A stretch of 64,000 bases of DNA from Octopus sinensis (GCF_006345805.1 NC_043016.1:4526001-4590000), one strand, 5' to 3'; shown: positions 24,683 through 38,111, counted from the first letter of the stretch. The notes: generated by a model not told the origin, from the sequence alone. Numbers and translations are program-made.

Positions 24683-24994
24683 CTTACTACTCATCAAGTG
24701 ATTCAATTTACCAAAGGCAGCTCAACCTATACACAAATTAGCAACAACATATTTGAATAGCACCGATGGTAGAATCAATCTATCCATAAATAATTGCCCA
24801 TTTTCTTGCAAAAAGAGTTATGTCGTTTTAAAAGCGATTCTTTTTGAGTGGAAATTATTTGTGAAAAACATTTCGCTACACAGATTTACATTATTCATAT
24901 TCTCGATAGAATATTTCATACACGTTGAATATTCAACATTCATATTATACAAATTGGGTATTTCATAAAAAGTCATCAATATTCAAGAAATTTG

Positions 24995-25312
24995 AAGGCG
25001 CGTGGCTTAGTGGTTGGGATATTGAGCTGAAGATCTTATGACCGTGAGTTCGATTCCCAACGTTTCATTGTGCCCTTGCGCAAAACATTTTATTTCACGT
25101 TGTTCCAGTCTACTCAGCTGATAAAAATGAGTTATACCTGTAATTCAAAAGGGTCAGCCCTGTGACACTTTGGGTCACGCTGAGTCTCCCTGAGAACTAT
25201 GATAAGGACACGCACGCCTGTGCAGCGCTCGGCCACTTACAGGTTAATTTCATGAGTAAGCTGTCCACTTGATCGGATCATCCGGAACACTCGTCGTCGT
25301 GAGTTACGACTG
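24995..25312 (+). mobile_element. tRNA-derived SINE (CORE-like central region)
   Basis: GGCGCGTGGCTTAGTGG (A box) ... GAGTTCGATTCCC (B box) ... TTTATTTCACGTTGTTCCAGTCTACTCAGCTG...; same family as 31519-31806. Confidence 0.9.
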
Positions 25313-25634
25313 GATTAACCATTAAGCAAAACAAGTACGTGTTTGGGGCATCAAAGGAAGAGGGGCATCAAAGAAATGATAAATAGTTTACGGCACAAAA
25401 GAAATCAATTTAAGCTTGCTAAAAATAACATTAGAGCTGGTTTATATGATGGGAAATGTAAATTCGAAGTGCTCATGATGTCATAATGACGTCATATAAA
25501 TTTGATCAATCATAAGCAGTTGGGTGGAGTTTATGATTTATGCACGAGTTGCTGGGTATTATTTTATGCGTTGGTGAATGACTTGTGTTGATTATTTCTT
25601 AGCAAATAGTTATGAAGGGAAAATGCCAGATCGT

Positions 25635-26210
25635 ATTCCATAACTCTCTCTCTCTCTCTCTCTCCCGTCTATCTCTCTCTCTCTCTCTCTCCCTTCTTCT
25701 TTCTTTTTCTCTCTCTCCCTCTCTTTTTACACACACACACACACATATATATACATACATACAAACATACATACATACATACACACAATGCATACAAACA
25801 CACATACACATACATACATACATACACACATACATACATACGTACATACATACAAACATACATACATACAGACATACATACAAACATACATACGTACACA
25901 CACACACATACATATATATATACATACATACATACAAACATACATACAAACATACATACAAACATACATACATACATACAAACATACATACAAACATACA
26001 TACATACATACATACACACATACATACAAACATACATACACACATAAATACATACATATATACATACATATATACATACATATATACAAACATACATACA
26101 TACATACATACATACAAACATACATACAAACATACATACATGCATACATACATACATACATACATACATACATACATACATACATACATACACACATACA
26201 TACATATATA
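25635..26210. repeat. (CT)n, (CA)n and (CATA)n compound microsatellite
   Basis: Seen directly. Confidence 0.97.
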
Positions 26211-26567
26211 CAAAGTGGTTGCCCCCTCGTTATCGAGTATGGCCATTGCACGAAGCTTAATCAATGTTGTTATCGTGCAATGTCTGTGCAGGAAGATTTA
26301 TTTTAAAGTGAAGAAAGGCTGTGCACTGAGTCAATCCCACTCACTAAGCAACATCAGCCATAATCCGAAAAGAAGAACAAGGCAACATCATCGGTAACCA
26401 CTGAGCCGCAGGTTTTATGTCGGAGTTATCCCAGTTACCTGAGTTACCTTCTCCTAGAAGGATGCCCTAACAAAGGCTAGGAGTCCTTCACTCCCAATGG
26501 TTTAACCGCGCGATCGGGTATTCAGTCCGATTATTTCTATGTCCCCGCGCATGTATGTATGTATATA

Positions 26568-26790
26568 TCTGGCAGAATCGTTAGCACGCCGGGCGAAATG
26601 CGTAGCCGTATTTCGTCTGTCGTTACGTTCCGAGTTCAAATTCCGCCGAGGTCGACTTTGCCTTTCATCCTTTCGGGGTCGATAAATTAAGTACCAGTTA
26701 CGGACTGGGGTCAATGTTATCAATTTAATCCGTTTGTCTGTCTTTGTTTGTCCTCTCTGTGTTTAACTCCTTGTGGGTAGTAAAGAAATA
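26568..26790 (+). mobile_element. Deu/Nin-like SINE
   Basis: TGGCAGAATCGTTAGCACGCCGGGCGAAATG...GAGTTCAAATTCCGCCGAGGTCGACTTTGCC...; matches 18465-18707. Confidence 0.92.
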
Positions 26791-26849
26791 TATAATATAT
26801 ATACATATATACATACATACGCACATACTCATATGCGCATTGGAAGATT

Positions 26850-29800
26850 GGACTAGCCGAACTGTTATAAAGAGTAGTGTATTGGTTGAGATAAGATGTC
26901 GGTAGGAGTCACTGAGAGGGAGTTTTGCGATATACATCGTGTGAACACATTGATTTCGCTTCCGTATCGTTAAATTATATATCTAAATATTTCTTCACAG
27001 ATTTTTCTTGTCGCTGGTTGCAGACAGTCATATGACCAATCTACTGCTCATTCAGGTATTTTCTTCATCAGCACTTTTTAGCAACAGCGATATAGAAGGA
27101 CTATGCATACAAACTACCTTACAGCAATTATTATAGCACTCAACAATTATGCAATTTATTTATCGGCCAGATATTGTTTATTTTGAATTGAATTGGTCGC
27201 ACATCTTTCGTTTCCTTTGCGTAGACAAGTTTCGTGAGCATTCATGAACATAAATATTAACAAGTATTGCAGCTTTCTATTACAAGGCAGCTCAGTTTTG
27301 TCACAATCTACCGCAGCTTACTTTTAACCATTTTATCAAAAGGCCAACCTTCTTTGTTGTTGCAACAACAGAACCTATACCTGAAACGAAGTTTTCATTT
27401 AGCCAATCTCAATATGAGGTATATAATTTGTTAACTTCGACAAGTTTATAAAAGACTGAAAATATAAACAAATTTATTGTTCATCGTAAACAACTGTCGC
27501 ATACCACTACGGGGGAAATTAAAAAGTTATTGTCGCTTACAGTGTACAATCCATTGCAATTTACATACCATTGTTGCTTACATTTGTATGTCTTATGTCT
27601 TTTCAACGATGTAGTCTAAACTACAAAAGGAATATTTATCTAGCTGCTCTCAATACAAGACACACGCTTAGCCGAATGATCACCCGAAACAAATTTTAAA
27701 ATTTTTTTTTGTCAGTTTCAGCAAGTATGTTCATTTTTCACTGTGAAATATTCATTTCATTTTCATAGCCATCCAGTTTAACCTTGTGACATTCAAAATG
27801 ACCTGGCATTGATATCCAGATGTAAAGTTTTATTCACTAGTGTCATTGCGAAAACTTGTGCTTTGCTGACTAATGTAATTTTGCACTGACAACTTTCTAT
27901 GTTAAAAATATATGAACTGATATTATATATGACACATCAACTGCTGTTTTTATATCCCTAACTATAATGATTATTCCATCACAATAAAATGTGTAGGTCT
28001 TCAGCCTGTGGTTCAGAAAATGTTGAAATATAAGCACTTGTATATATTGCAAGTGTAATTACTATACATTAGTTGTTTTCTCTCAGTAACAAAGTTTATT
28101 TACTTCAAATTGGTGGCTTCCAATGCGATACCAGGTTTTATGTATATCCTAATTTTAGCTTTCAAATTTGTCACTAATAGAGAAAATGCTACCCTGTGAC
28201 ACCAAAACGAGACCCTTTCATTGCAATTTAAACGTTGCCAACTAAATGATTATGTACGTATCTACACAACTAAGTATGTATAATCATGGATGTCAGTAAA
28301 TATCTGAATCTATGTAGTTTGACTTACGGATATGTACAGAGGTTCGTATGTTTATGAGAGAGTACATGCAATTATTACAGGCTAAGCTTCTGAAATATTT
28401 TATATATTTCCATTAATATCTTCTAATTGAAAATTTCTTATTAGTCGTGTTCTTTCTGATTTTGTCAGTTTATGAAGATATGCACCGAACCAGTTAATTT
28501 TCTATCCATGTGCCTCAATAAATACAGGTACAAATTTCTGCATCTTGCTCATTAAATTATCATAAACATTTTCCTTTTCATTAATAACGTTATTTTTATA
28601 TCTGACATACAACTGATTTTCATTACTCTGAAAACTTTTTTTTTAATCCTTGATCATTAAGTTCTTGACAGTAAAATTCCACCAATATATTTTCATATTA
28701 AAAATTAGATTACCACCCAAATCACTTATATCCCTCTACGGATTCCATGATATAATATATTTTTTTAACCACAAAATCAAGCTTCATAAGTAAAAAGAAT
28801 TTCGGACCACTGCTATTTGTGACGTCTTCAGTGCTAATTTCAGAGACTGCAACAATTGTTGAATTTTTATGTTGTACATGCATCTTTATCCCTTTTCTAC
28901 TCCAGCTATTTCGTTAATGTTTATTGTTCTTGGATAGCAGAAGCATACTCTTCAAAGAGAGCTAATATTCTGGCTGCTGGTTTAATGTAGACTACTTTAA
29001 CAATCAGCGTTGCTGTCACTTTGAAGCTTTCTGACAGCATGTCTAAGCATGATTAGTTGATAAACCGGCAAACTTTCATCAGATGGTCTGTTGCAATAGA
29101 GTTGTAAAAGTTCTTAAGTATCCTTAGTCATCAGTTAGGGAATATTTTCTGAGCAACACCTTATGAATGCAGATTTGAACCATTGATACATTAAGGCATT
29201 TATGGTCGATAAATATTGTGAAAGGAATATGACGTAAAATTTAAAAACCGTTCGATTCGATGTTAAGCTTCAGTCTTTTTATATTAATTTTAGGTAGATG
29301 TAGTTTATATCACTGCTATGGTGATGGCTAATAGTTTTCGTATTTTAACGCCATTGGCCTGCCCTGGTCAGCAAACACATTGTGATTTATTGCATGCAGA
29401 AGTCCTTGGAACCATTTTTTTCTATCAGTGTGTTATATTCCCTTGTTAAGCACTTCTCACAGCGAGTTCCATTATGCAATACATATATTTATCTATCCCA
29501 ATAATATTGGTTATTCCTAATAAAGTCATTGCTTGGCTCTTGCAAAATATTTCTTTGACTTAGTCATGTAAAAATATTTATCCTTGTGAAGTATCAAATA
29601 TATTTTCCTTGATAATATCGCAAGCAGGTTCTGGCTCTTCATCACACCATTCGTATTTTTTCCTATATTTTCAAGTTGTCTACAAAGAAGCTGTGTGTTA
29701 GGTCGATGTTTCAGTCCTCCTGTAAGCCTTCAGATTTTCTCGATTAAACGTATAAATTAGTCTACTGAAAGCATAAACAACTTTCTATGATAAAAACATA

Positions 29801-30600
29801 TGAACTGTCTCTTTGAAATGCACCCGCTGCGATATCCTATCAGTGATAATTCAATAATTTCCTATGTTTAACTTTGGAATTGTGACCCAGGACAAAGTCA
29901 AATTGCTTATAACCACATTTATAGTATAAAGAACTTTAACAAGTCGAAGGGCCTCGAGTATTTATGAATAAGGATTAGACTCGAATTCTTTTTTGTGATC
30001 CTGCTAGACAGTAACCAAGTTTCTCCACTGCCACCACTCTTGATATTATAGCTCTATTAATCAGAAGTTATTCAGCATATATCCTTTCTTCAAAACTAAT
30101 TTTTCAGTCGTTACTACTGCTACAGTAATCCTATAGGAATAAGTTGAGACATTCTCTCACAATTGACACGTTACATTCTGGCATGTAGTTGGACGTAAGT
30201 TTTCCTTCAAATGAATGGTTTTCTTTGCTGTAATATTTATTTCTGTCAGCGCCAGCTAGCTTCGTATATGTATATCTTCAACGACAACTTTCTGGCAAAA
30301 TTCGATAAGATAGGTTATTTTTTGTACCATTTTCAGACAATCAAGAATTTTTTGTGCTTTCCTATCCTGAACATTTTCTATTATATCCTAGGCACAAGAT
30401 TACCGCTATTGGTAATTTATTGCTTTTGGCGTAATTTAAAGACAAAATATCTTTTAAATTTCTCTTAGCTGTATTCTGGTTGAACGCTTGTTTCTTATTC
30501 CAGATTTTTTCTCAAGAATGAATTCATATATTTCTAAGGAACCTGTGTGATATTTTCTTTATTGTCCCCTCATATAAATTATTGATTGAGCTGACTGAGT
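26850..30600 (-). pseudogene. Possible heavily decayed UPF1/NAM7-family helicase gene with Cys-rich tail (ZNFX1-like)
   Basis: 3.7 kb without microsatellites. Minus-strand remnants in collinear order: EDIHI...LKENL (about 30.2 kb); QGLLHAINHNVFA + PGQA.GVKIRKLL resembling Q.AL..AL..IQGPPGTGKT..GLKI..LL (about 29.35-29.4 kb); TTTCACAGTGAAAAATGAACATACTTGCTG resembling FQGEENDIILL (27719-27748); CGTGTGTCTTGTATTGAGAGCAGCTAGA resembling RVCVALSRAR (27638-27670); then DCDKTELPCNRKL...HETC...C. Many stops and frameshifts; aligned by eye. Confidence 0.4.
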
Positions 30601-30979
30601 TTAATGTGCATTCTTTTTGTCTGTTACTATATGATGTAGAAGTTTGTTCTTAACAACTTTTAACTCGTTTGTGAATTGAAATTTATAGTTGTCTCCTTTG
30701 GCTAAGAGAAAGGGTCATGCTTATTTTTATTTGCTGAATATTTCGTCTACGGACGCCACACCTATAAGATGTTGCAGTAGTTGTCTTTCTAAACAGGGTA
30801 ACCCTTACCATCACTTCGGAAGTTTTTTTCGCCCACCGTCTTCGTGTATTTCACCGTTGGCAGATAGAAGTTTCTACGACGAAACAAACAAATTTGAAAC
30901 GTATTTTCCTTTAGGCGATTCTGCTGTCAGTTCTGCATTCTGCAGTCATTCTGTACAGTATGGACATTAATAAAGTGTC

Positions 30980-31333
30980 TTGAAAAGAAAATTGACGGAA
31001 CTTATGCAAGAATATGCTCCGAGCTGCTCTGGAAATATCCTGGAAGCAACATCCTACGAAGTAACTTCTCTATGATAGTTTACAACCAATATCTCATATC
31101 ATCAGAGAAAGACCAAGATTCGCAAGACATCTCTGGATGGTAAAGGATAAGATAATCAGCGACGTTATTCTCTGAGGTTCGAAGTGTGTGTATGTACATG
31201 TTGGTAGACAACGACGAGCCTACATAAAGCAACTGTGCACCCGAAAAGACCCACCACGTGCATTGGCAGGCAGAACAGACTGGAGAGAACGAGTCACAGC
31301 GATCCGTGCGATAAGCACGACCAGATGATGATG
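30980..31333 (+). mobile_element. RTE-clade LINE 3' fragment
   Basis: KRKIDGTYAR.LRAALEISWKQHPTK*LLYDSLQPISHIIRER...RFARH...KDKIISDVIL, then DWRERVTAIRA and a (GAT)n tail. Confidence 0.8.
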
Positions 31334-31518
31334 GAATCTTCTGCTATTTCCGGATATTGCTGCGACTTTATATTTAATTTATTGTCAATAAGGAATTTGA
31401 TTGTTTGCATGTTTTAAACATCACCATATAACTACTTGTCTTTAGCGGATCGACAATCTCTTTTCTATTTTCCAATCTATGATTTGCCTGCGTATGCTTC
31501 TTTGGTGTCTCTTTGCTG

Positions 31519-31806
31519 AAGGCGCGTGGCTTGGTGCTTAGAGTATTCGGCTCGTGATCTAAAGGACGCGAGTTCGATTCCCGACGGCGCATTGTGTGCT
31601 TTATTTCATGTTACTGCAGTTCACTCAGCCAGCAAAAATGCGATGCGCCTGTAATTTAAAAGCCTGCCTTCTCACATGCTGTGTTACACTGAACTTCCCT
31701 TAGAACTATGTCAAAGGTAGGCATGTTTGTTCGTTAATTTCACGAGCAAGTTGTTCCTTGCATTGGATCAGTTGGAACCGTTGTCGTCGTAAGTGACGGA
31801 GTGCCA
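31519..31806 (+). mobile_element. tRNA-derived SINE (CORE-like), same family as 24995
   Basis: GGCGCGTGGCTTGGTGCTTAG...GAGTTCGATTCCCGACGGCGC...TCGTCGTAAGTGACGGAGTGCCA. Confidence 0.88.
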
Positions 31807-32489
31807 GGTCGTTGGTGTTTCCTTGGAACTGATTTGTAGTCGCCGAGAAGAGCTGTAAAGAAGAGTTAGTTTACCAAAGTGAGGAGTCATTACTCTCCTT
31901 TAAATATTCACCATGGTTTCGTTAATCATCGTAAACAACAACACAATGGGCTTCTTAGAGTTTTAAAACGAAATAAACTTTTCTTGAAATCTTCCTAAAA
32001 CATTCACTTCAACTGTTTGTACCCTTTGCTCTTCAGCTTTTGAATGCACTTATTATTATCATTGCCCCTACAGTCTCTGGCACCTCGGTGTTGCAGGTCA
32101 GTTCTGTTGTGAAGAGCATTAGCGGTTGCCGGAGTTTGATCCGTTGCGGCAGATGGTGCCAGCCTTGTTTAAACATGTATTTGCAAAGTGTTCACACTTT
32201 TGAGAACAAAATACTCTCATCACTCTCAAGAATAAAATTACAGTCCTCAACGCATCTCTTGCGTTTAACAAATGTTACTTGGTGTAATTAGTTTATCATG
32301 AAACAATTTAGTTGTATGTAAAGTTCGTCCCAGTACACTTTTAATACTATATATAAGCCAACTGAGGGATCATTTTTGTCACATTATAGCAGAAAAGTCA
32401 TTACTGAGTTTATAACGTAAAGAGAAAAATGTACTTTATAGAGTATCTTTTCTCAGCACAAGTAATAGGATTCTGCTTACATTTTTAGA

Positions 32490-32510
32490 TTATATATATA
32501 TATGTATATA

Positions 32511-32580
<70 letters not shown>

Positions 32581-32912
32581 ATAGAATTGCAAGACAACAA
32601 ACGTATGAAAGAGACCTCGATATTACGTAAATAGAGGAATTTATCTGTAAATATATGTCACAATTATATTTACACACACACACACACACACATATATACA
32701 TACACACACACACAGAGACACACACACACACACATATATTCCTCGTTGCGGAATCAAGCCCTGTTTGTGGGAAGTTCATGCGTTGTGAATTCAAGTTATC
32801 CCTACAGTTTTGTCTGCACGTTAGTATGTATGTGTGTGTATGTATGTATGTATGCATGCATGTATGTATGTATGTGTATGTATGTGTGTATGTATGTATG
32901 TATGCATGTATG

Positions 32913-32946
<34 letters not shown>

Positions 32947-33830
32947 TGTATGTATGTATGTATGTGTGTGTATGTATGTATGTATGTATGTATGTGTGTG
33001 TATGTATTGATTTGTATGTATGTATGTATGTATGATTGTATGTATGTATGTATGTATGTATGTATGTATGTATGTATGTGTGTGTATGTATGTATGTATG
33101 TATGTATGCATGTATGTATGTATGTATGCATGCATGTATGTATGTATGTATGTATGTATGTATGTATGCATGTATGTATGTATGTATGTATGTATGCATG
33201 TGTGTATGTATGTATGTATGTATGTATGTATGTATGTATGTGTATGTATGTATGTATGTATGCATGTATGTATGTATGTATGTATGTGTGTATGTATTGA
33301 TTTGTATGTATGTATGTATGTATGTGTATGATGTATGTATGTAATGTATGTATGTAATGTATGTATGTATTGATTTGTATGTATGTATGTATGTATGTAT
33401 GTATGTGTGTGTATGTATGCATGTATGTATGTGTATGTATGTATGTATGTATGCATGCATGCATGTATGTATGTAATGTATGTATGTATGCGCGTATGTA
33501 TGTATGTATGTATGTATGTATGTGTATGATGTATGTATGTAATGTATGTATGTATGTATGTGTATGATGTATGTATGTAATGTATGTATGTATGTATGTG
33601 TATGATGTATGTATGTATGTAATGCATGTATGTTTGTATGCATGTAAGTATGTGTGTATGTATGTATGTGTGTATGAATGTGTGTATGTATATATGTATG
33701 TATGTATGAATGTATGTATGTATGTATGTATGTATGTATGTGTGCATGTATGTATGTATGTGTGTATGCATGTATGTATGTATGTATGTATGTATGTGTG
33801 CATGTATTTTAGTATGTAAGTATTTTTGCA
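32490..33830. repeat. (TA)n, (CA)n and about 1-kb (TATG)n microsatellite
   Basis: Seen directly; source of the 300+ aa HTYI/MYVC ORFs. Confidence 0.97.
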
Positions 33831-34079
33831 CGTAGGTATTTTATGTATGTCTCTATTTTAGTTAGTATGTATTTCTGTATGTATATATCTGTGTGTATAT
33901 ATTCTCTTCTTTTCGTATGTTTGTATGTATATATATGTTCTCTACCTCTTTTTTTTATGTATGTATGTATTTTAGTATGCATGGATGTATGTATGCGTTA
34001 ATCCGATACCGAGTGTAATTGGATGTATATATTTGTGACTATGTATACATGTATACATCTAACCTTACATGCAAACACG

Positions 34080-34141
<62 letters not shown>

Positions 34142-35036
34142 TACATTTATGCACATGTGTCTCTCTCTCTCTCTGTGTTTATGTATGAGTATATACGAAC
34201 TCAAATTTCATCACTAACTCTCATTTAAAATGTGTGTTAGTGTATGTGAGTATGCGTGTGTGCGTGTATGCGTGTATGTGTGTGTGTGTGTGTGTATGTG
34301 TGTATGCGTGTATGTGTGTGTGTGTGTGTGTGAGTATGCGTGTGTGCGTGTATGCGTGTATGTGTGTGTGTGTGTGTATGTGTGTATGCGTGTGTGTGTG
34401 TATGTTTTTTTGCTGTTTTTAGGCTTAAGATTATTGTTTTAGACAGAGAAGAGGAGGTAGTTGAAGCTTGCCCATGATAACCGCAGACTCACTGAGACTG
34501 GTGAAATTCAATGTGGCTGATGTTCAGCTTAAAGTTCTGTCGAGTGGTGGTGGTGGTGGTGGTGGTGGTGGTGGTGGTGGTGGTTTGTGTGGTTGGTGTG
34601 TGTGGTGGTGTTAGAAATTCCAGACAGTGCGGAATAATTCGGTACCAAAGCGTTTAGTATGGTGGCAGTGGGGTATCTGTGCGTTGAGTAAGGTGATGAA
34701 AAAAGTCTTGTTTACAGACTTTCTGACATCTTTGATATGTTGGAAGGTGGGTGGGGGGGGGGGGGGGGTAATAGGTAGGCAACTAACTGGCAGGGTCAGG
34801 ACTGTTGCTCTTTCGAAGGGGTTAGTGGGTGAGGATCACAGACTAGCACGTTTCCAAAGACTGGGACAGACTCCTGGAAATAGGGAACGACATAGCCACA
34901 GTAGAGATATTACACACACACACACACACACCCACAAACACACAGATACACAGACACAAACGCACCTATACACACACACACACACAAGAAAACACACATA
35001 CACTGAAACACACACATATACACACGCATGTGGGAA

Positions 35037-35416
35037 GCACTCTGTCGGTTACGACGACAGAGGGTTCCCGTTGACCGATCAACGGAACAGCCTGTTCGTG
35101 AAATTAACGTGTAAGTGGCTGAGCACTCCACAGACACGTGTACCCTCAACGTAGTTCTCGGGGTATTCAGCGTGACACAGAGAGTGACAAGGCCGGCCCT
35201 TTGAAATACAGGGTACAACAGAAACAAGAAGTAAGAGTGAGAGAAAGTTGTGGTGAAAAGAAAGAGTACGCAGGGGTCACCACCATCCCCTGCCGGAGCA
35301 TCGTGGAGCTTTAGGTGTTTTCGCTCAATAAACACTCACAACGCCCCGGTCTGGAATCGAAACCGCGATTCTACGACCGCGAGTCCGCTGCCCTAACCAC
35401 TGGGCCATTGCGCCTC
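35037..35416 (-). mobile_element. tRNA-derived SINE with a distinct head and the same 3' body as 24995/31519
   Basis: Head GAGGCGCAATGGCCCAGTGGTTAGGGCAGCGG...GGTTTCGATTCCAGACC; 3' body CCTGTATTTCAAAGGGCCGGCCTTGTCAC...GAGAACTACG...TCGTCGTAACCGAC shared with the CORE-like copies. Confidence 0.9.
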
Positions 35417-36235
35417 ACACACACACTAGCATACAGTGATAAAGAAAATGAGGGGCACACGACCAAGCTGAATGAGAAACATAGAGGAGCAGGGCAACAT
35501 GCCGTAAAGAACAGAGAGAAGGAGAGAGAGAGAGAGAGAGAGAGAGAGGAGGGAGAGGGTGAGAGAGGAGGGAGAGGGTGAGAGAGAAAGGGAGAGAGAG
35601 GGGAGAGAGAGTGTGTGAAGGGCTGTCATAGATATAATATATATTTATATATATATATATATTTAATAATCGGCCGAAGGTTTCGTAGGTTGGCCCGAAA
35701 CGCTCGGCCCTTGAGTCACTCTGTAACTTCAGCCGCTGAATAATAAAAACATGTATACTCATGTTATGAACGCTATTTTTTCTGTTTTCATCACTAAACC
35801 TACACATACACACACATACACACGCGCACACACACACACACATGCATGCATATGTATGTACGCATGTATTCATATGTGTGTATATGTATATAAATACATA
35901 TAGGTGTACACACATTTACACAGGCACATATTTATGTGTATATATAAGTACTTATATGTATATTTATACATATATAACATACGTATGTTATGTGTATGTT
36001 TAATGTGACCTCGTGTGTACCGTTGGCGATTTTTTTCCCTCTGTATTCCCTTCTCCGGATCTTTCCTTTTCCTATGTTTCTGACGAAGAGCTCCGCTCGA
36101 AGCGTTAGACCCTCCTTCTTTCTTTCATTTCCTGAGCGTCCAATAACACTATACTTGTTCCACGTCCTCGCGTTGTTGTGTTTTTCTCTTTGTGGTTTCA
36201 TGTTTGGATAAACTATATATATATATATATATAAT

Positions 36236-36285
<50 letters not shown>

Positions 36286-36429
36286 TATATATATATATAA
36301 TATATATACTTTTATCTGGTAAATCCCGGAACCAGGTTATTGCCTCGGAGGTATATATATATATATATATATATCCTTAAAAAATGTTTTAGTCCGAAGG
36401 CCGCGGCCATGCTGGGGCACCACCGCTGA

Positions 36430-37187
36430 ATGAGCTACACTAGTTTGTGAATCCACCTCTGATACGTGGCACTTGATCAACAAGGGAGTTCGATGCTGCT
36501 GCCCGCATCCGTGTCTCCGGTCGTGAGGTAGGTTCATCTGGGACTCCCAACAAGAAGAGATCCAGTTTAGTTTTAAAGAAACCCACATCCACACCATGTA
36601 AGTCTCTCAGGCATTTAGGGAGGATGTTAAAGAGCTGTGGTCCTCTGAAACCCAAGCTGTTGCAGTATCTGGACTGTATTTTGATGGTGATGTTGGAATC
36701 CTTGGCACCACGCAGCGGCGCCCCGTTCTGCGGTTGGAGTAACTTTGAATGCCAAAGTTTGGGACAAGACTCCAGGATTTTCCAGATGTATATCACTGCA
36801 TATCTCTCCCGCCTCCGCTCCAGGGAGAAGAGGTTTAATACCTTCAGTCTTTCCCAGTAGCTGACATTTTGCATTGAGATGATTTTCTTTGTGTAGCTTC
36901 TCTGAGTTGCTTCGAGTTCTGCTGTTTGTTTTATATTGTGTGGTGACCAAGTTGGGAGCAGTAGTCCAAGCGGCTGAGGACAAATGTTTTCCATAGGACC
37001 ATCAGTGTCTCCTTCTCTCTTGTTCTGAAAGTTCGGAGAATCCATCCAGCTACGTCTGCATTTTATCAACAGATTAGCAATATGCTTTTGGAAAGATGCA
37101 TCATTGCTCATGTCAATGCCCAGGTCACGCACTGATTTTGACTCAGGGATTGCAATTCTTCCGGGGCCAGTGTATCCAGTCTTCACG

Positions 37188-37190
<3 letters not shown>
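36430..37190 (-). mobile_element. CR1-clade LINE 3' fragment (post-RT region)
   Basis: SVRDLG...LDYCSQ/TWSPH...LEATQRSYTKKI...SYWERLKVLNLFSLERRRERY...GFRGPQLFNILP...FKTKLDLFLLGVPDEP; two or more frameshifts. Confidence 0.9.
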
Positions 37191-37257
<67 letters not shown>

Positions 37258-37262
<5 letters not shown>

Positions 37263-37424
37263 GGCGCAGAAGTGGCTGTGTGGTAAGCAGCTTGTTTACC
37301 AACTGCATGATTCTGGGTTCAGTTCCATGGCATGGCACCTTGAGCAAATGTTTTCTACTGTAGCCTCGAGCCGACCAAAGCCTTCTGAGTGGATTTGGTA
37401 GATGGAAACTGAAAGAAGCTCATC

Positions 37425-37484
<60 letters not shown>

Positions 37485-37660
37485 GACGGACTTCTTCAGT
37501 TTCCGTCTTTCACACACCAACTCCCTCACCTATATATATATAATATATATATATAATATATATATATATATATAAAGAATAAGTCCTGGTGTTGATTTGT
37601 TCAACTAAAAAAGCGGTGCTCCAGTATGGCCGCAGTTAACTGACTGAGACAAAACAACAC
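37258..37660 (+). mobile_element. Long tRNA-derived SINE (Meta-like), internally deleted/rearranged
   Basis: TAGGCGCAGAAGTGGCTGTGTGGTAAG head, GAGTGGATTTGGTAGATGGAAACTGAAAGAAG core, AAGAATAAGTCCTGG...GCGGTGCTCCAGTATGGCCGCAG tail. Confidence 0.85.
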
Positions 37661-37944
37661 ACACACATATACCTAAGATAGATCTAAGATCTAGAAGATG
37701 TTCGAAGGTCCTCTTCTCAGAGACACAGTGAGGAATGCATGCACTAAGAACTGGAACCATCTTGAGGCCTCGATGGAAGCTGAGGGCGGATGCTTTGAGC
37801 AAACCATTATCTCCTAGCCATGTTTTTTTCCGAACATTCAGGAATCATTATGGTAATCGATAAAATAAGCACCAGTTGTGCCCTGGGGTCGGTGCAATCG
37901 ACTACCACCCTCTCCAGAATTTCAGGCCTTCTTCATATAATAGA

Positions 37945-38110
37945 AAGGATTCTTCTTCTTCTTCATTATTTACATTATTTACATTTGACAGATATTTGTC
38001 CTCATCTTGTTTGTTGTTAACACAACATTTCAGCTGATATACCCTCCAGCCTTCATCAGGTGTCTTCGAGAAATTTCGAACATGGATTCTCATTCCTAAG
38101 GGTATTTTTC
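37945..38110 (-). mobile_element. Penelope-like terminal-repeat remnant
   Basis: Contains CCTGATGAAGGCTGGAGGGTATATCAGCTGAAATG, the CTGATGAAG...GAAA signature typical of PLE terminal repeats. Confidence 0.5.
38019..38064 (-). ncRNA. Minimal type-I hammerhead ribozyme-like motif (probably degenerate)
   Basis: GACAC-CUGAUGA-A-GGCUG-GAGGGUAUAU-CAGCU-GAAA-UGU-U-GUGUU: core boxes, 5-bp stem II, 5-bp stem I (GACAC/GUGUU), loopless stem III. Confidence 0.5.
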
Positions 38111-38111
38111 G

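Noticed and set aside
35665-35745. GGCCGA..TTTCG..CGAAA..TCGGCC nested inverted repeat with downstream AATAAA, reminiscent of a Penelope/hammerhead end
   Set aside because: The CUGANGA box is absent (CCGAAGG), so it cannot be supported as a ribozyme.
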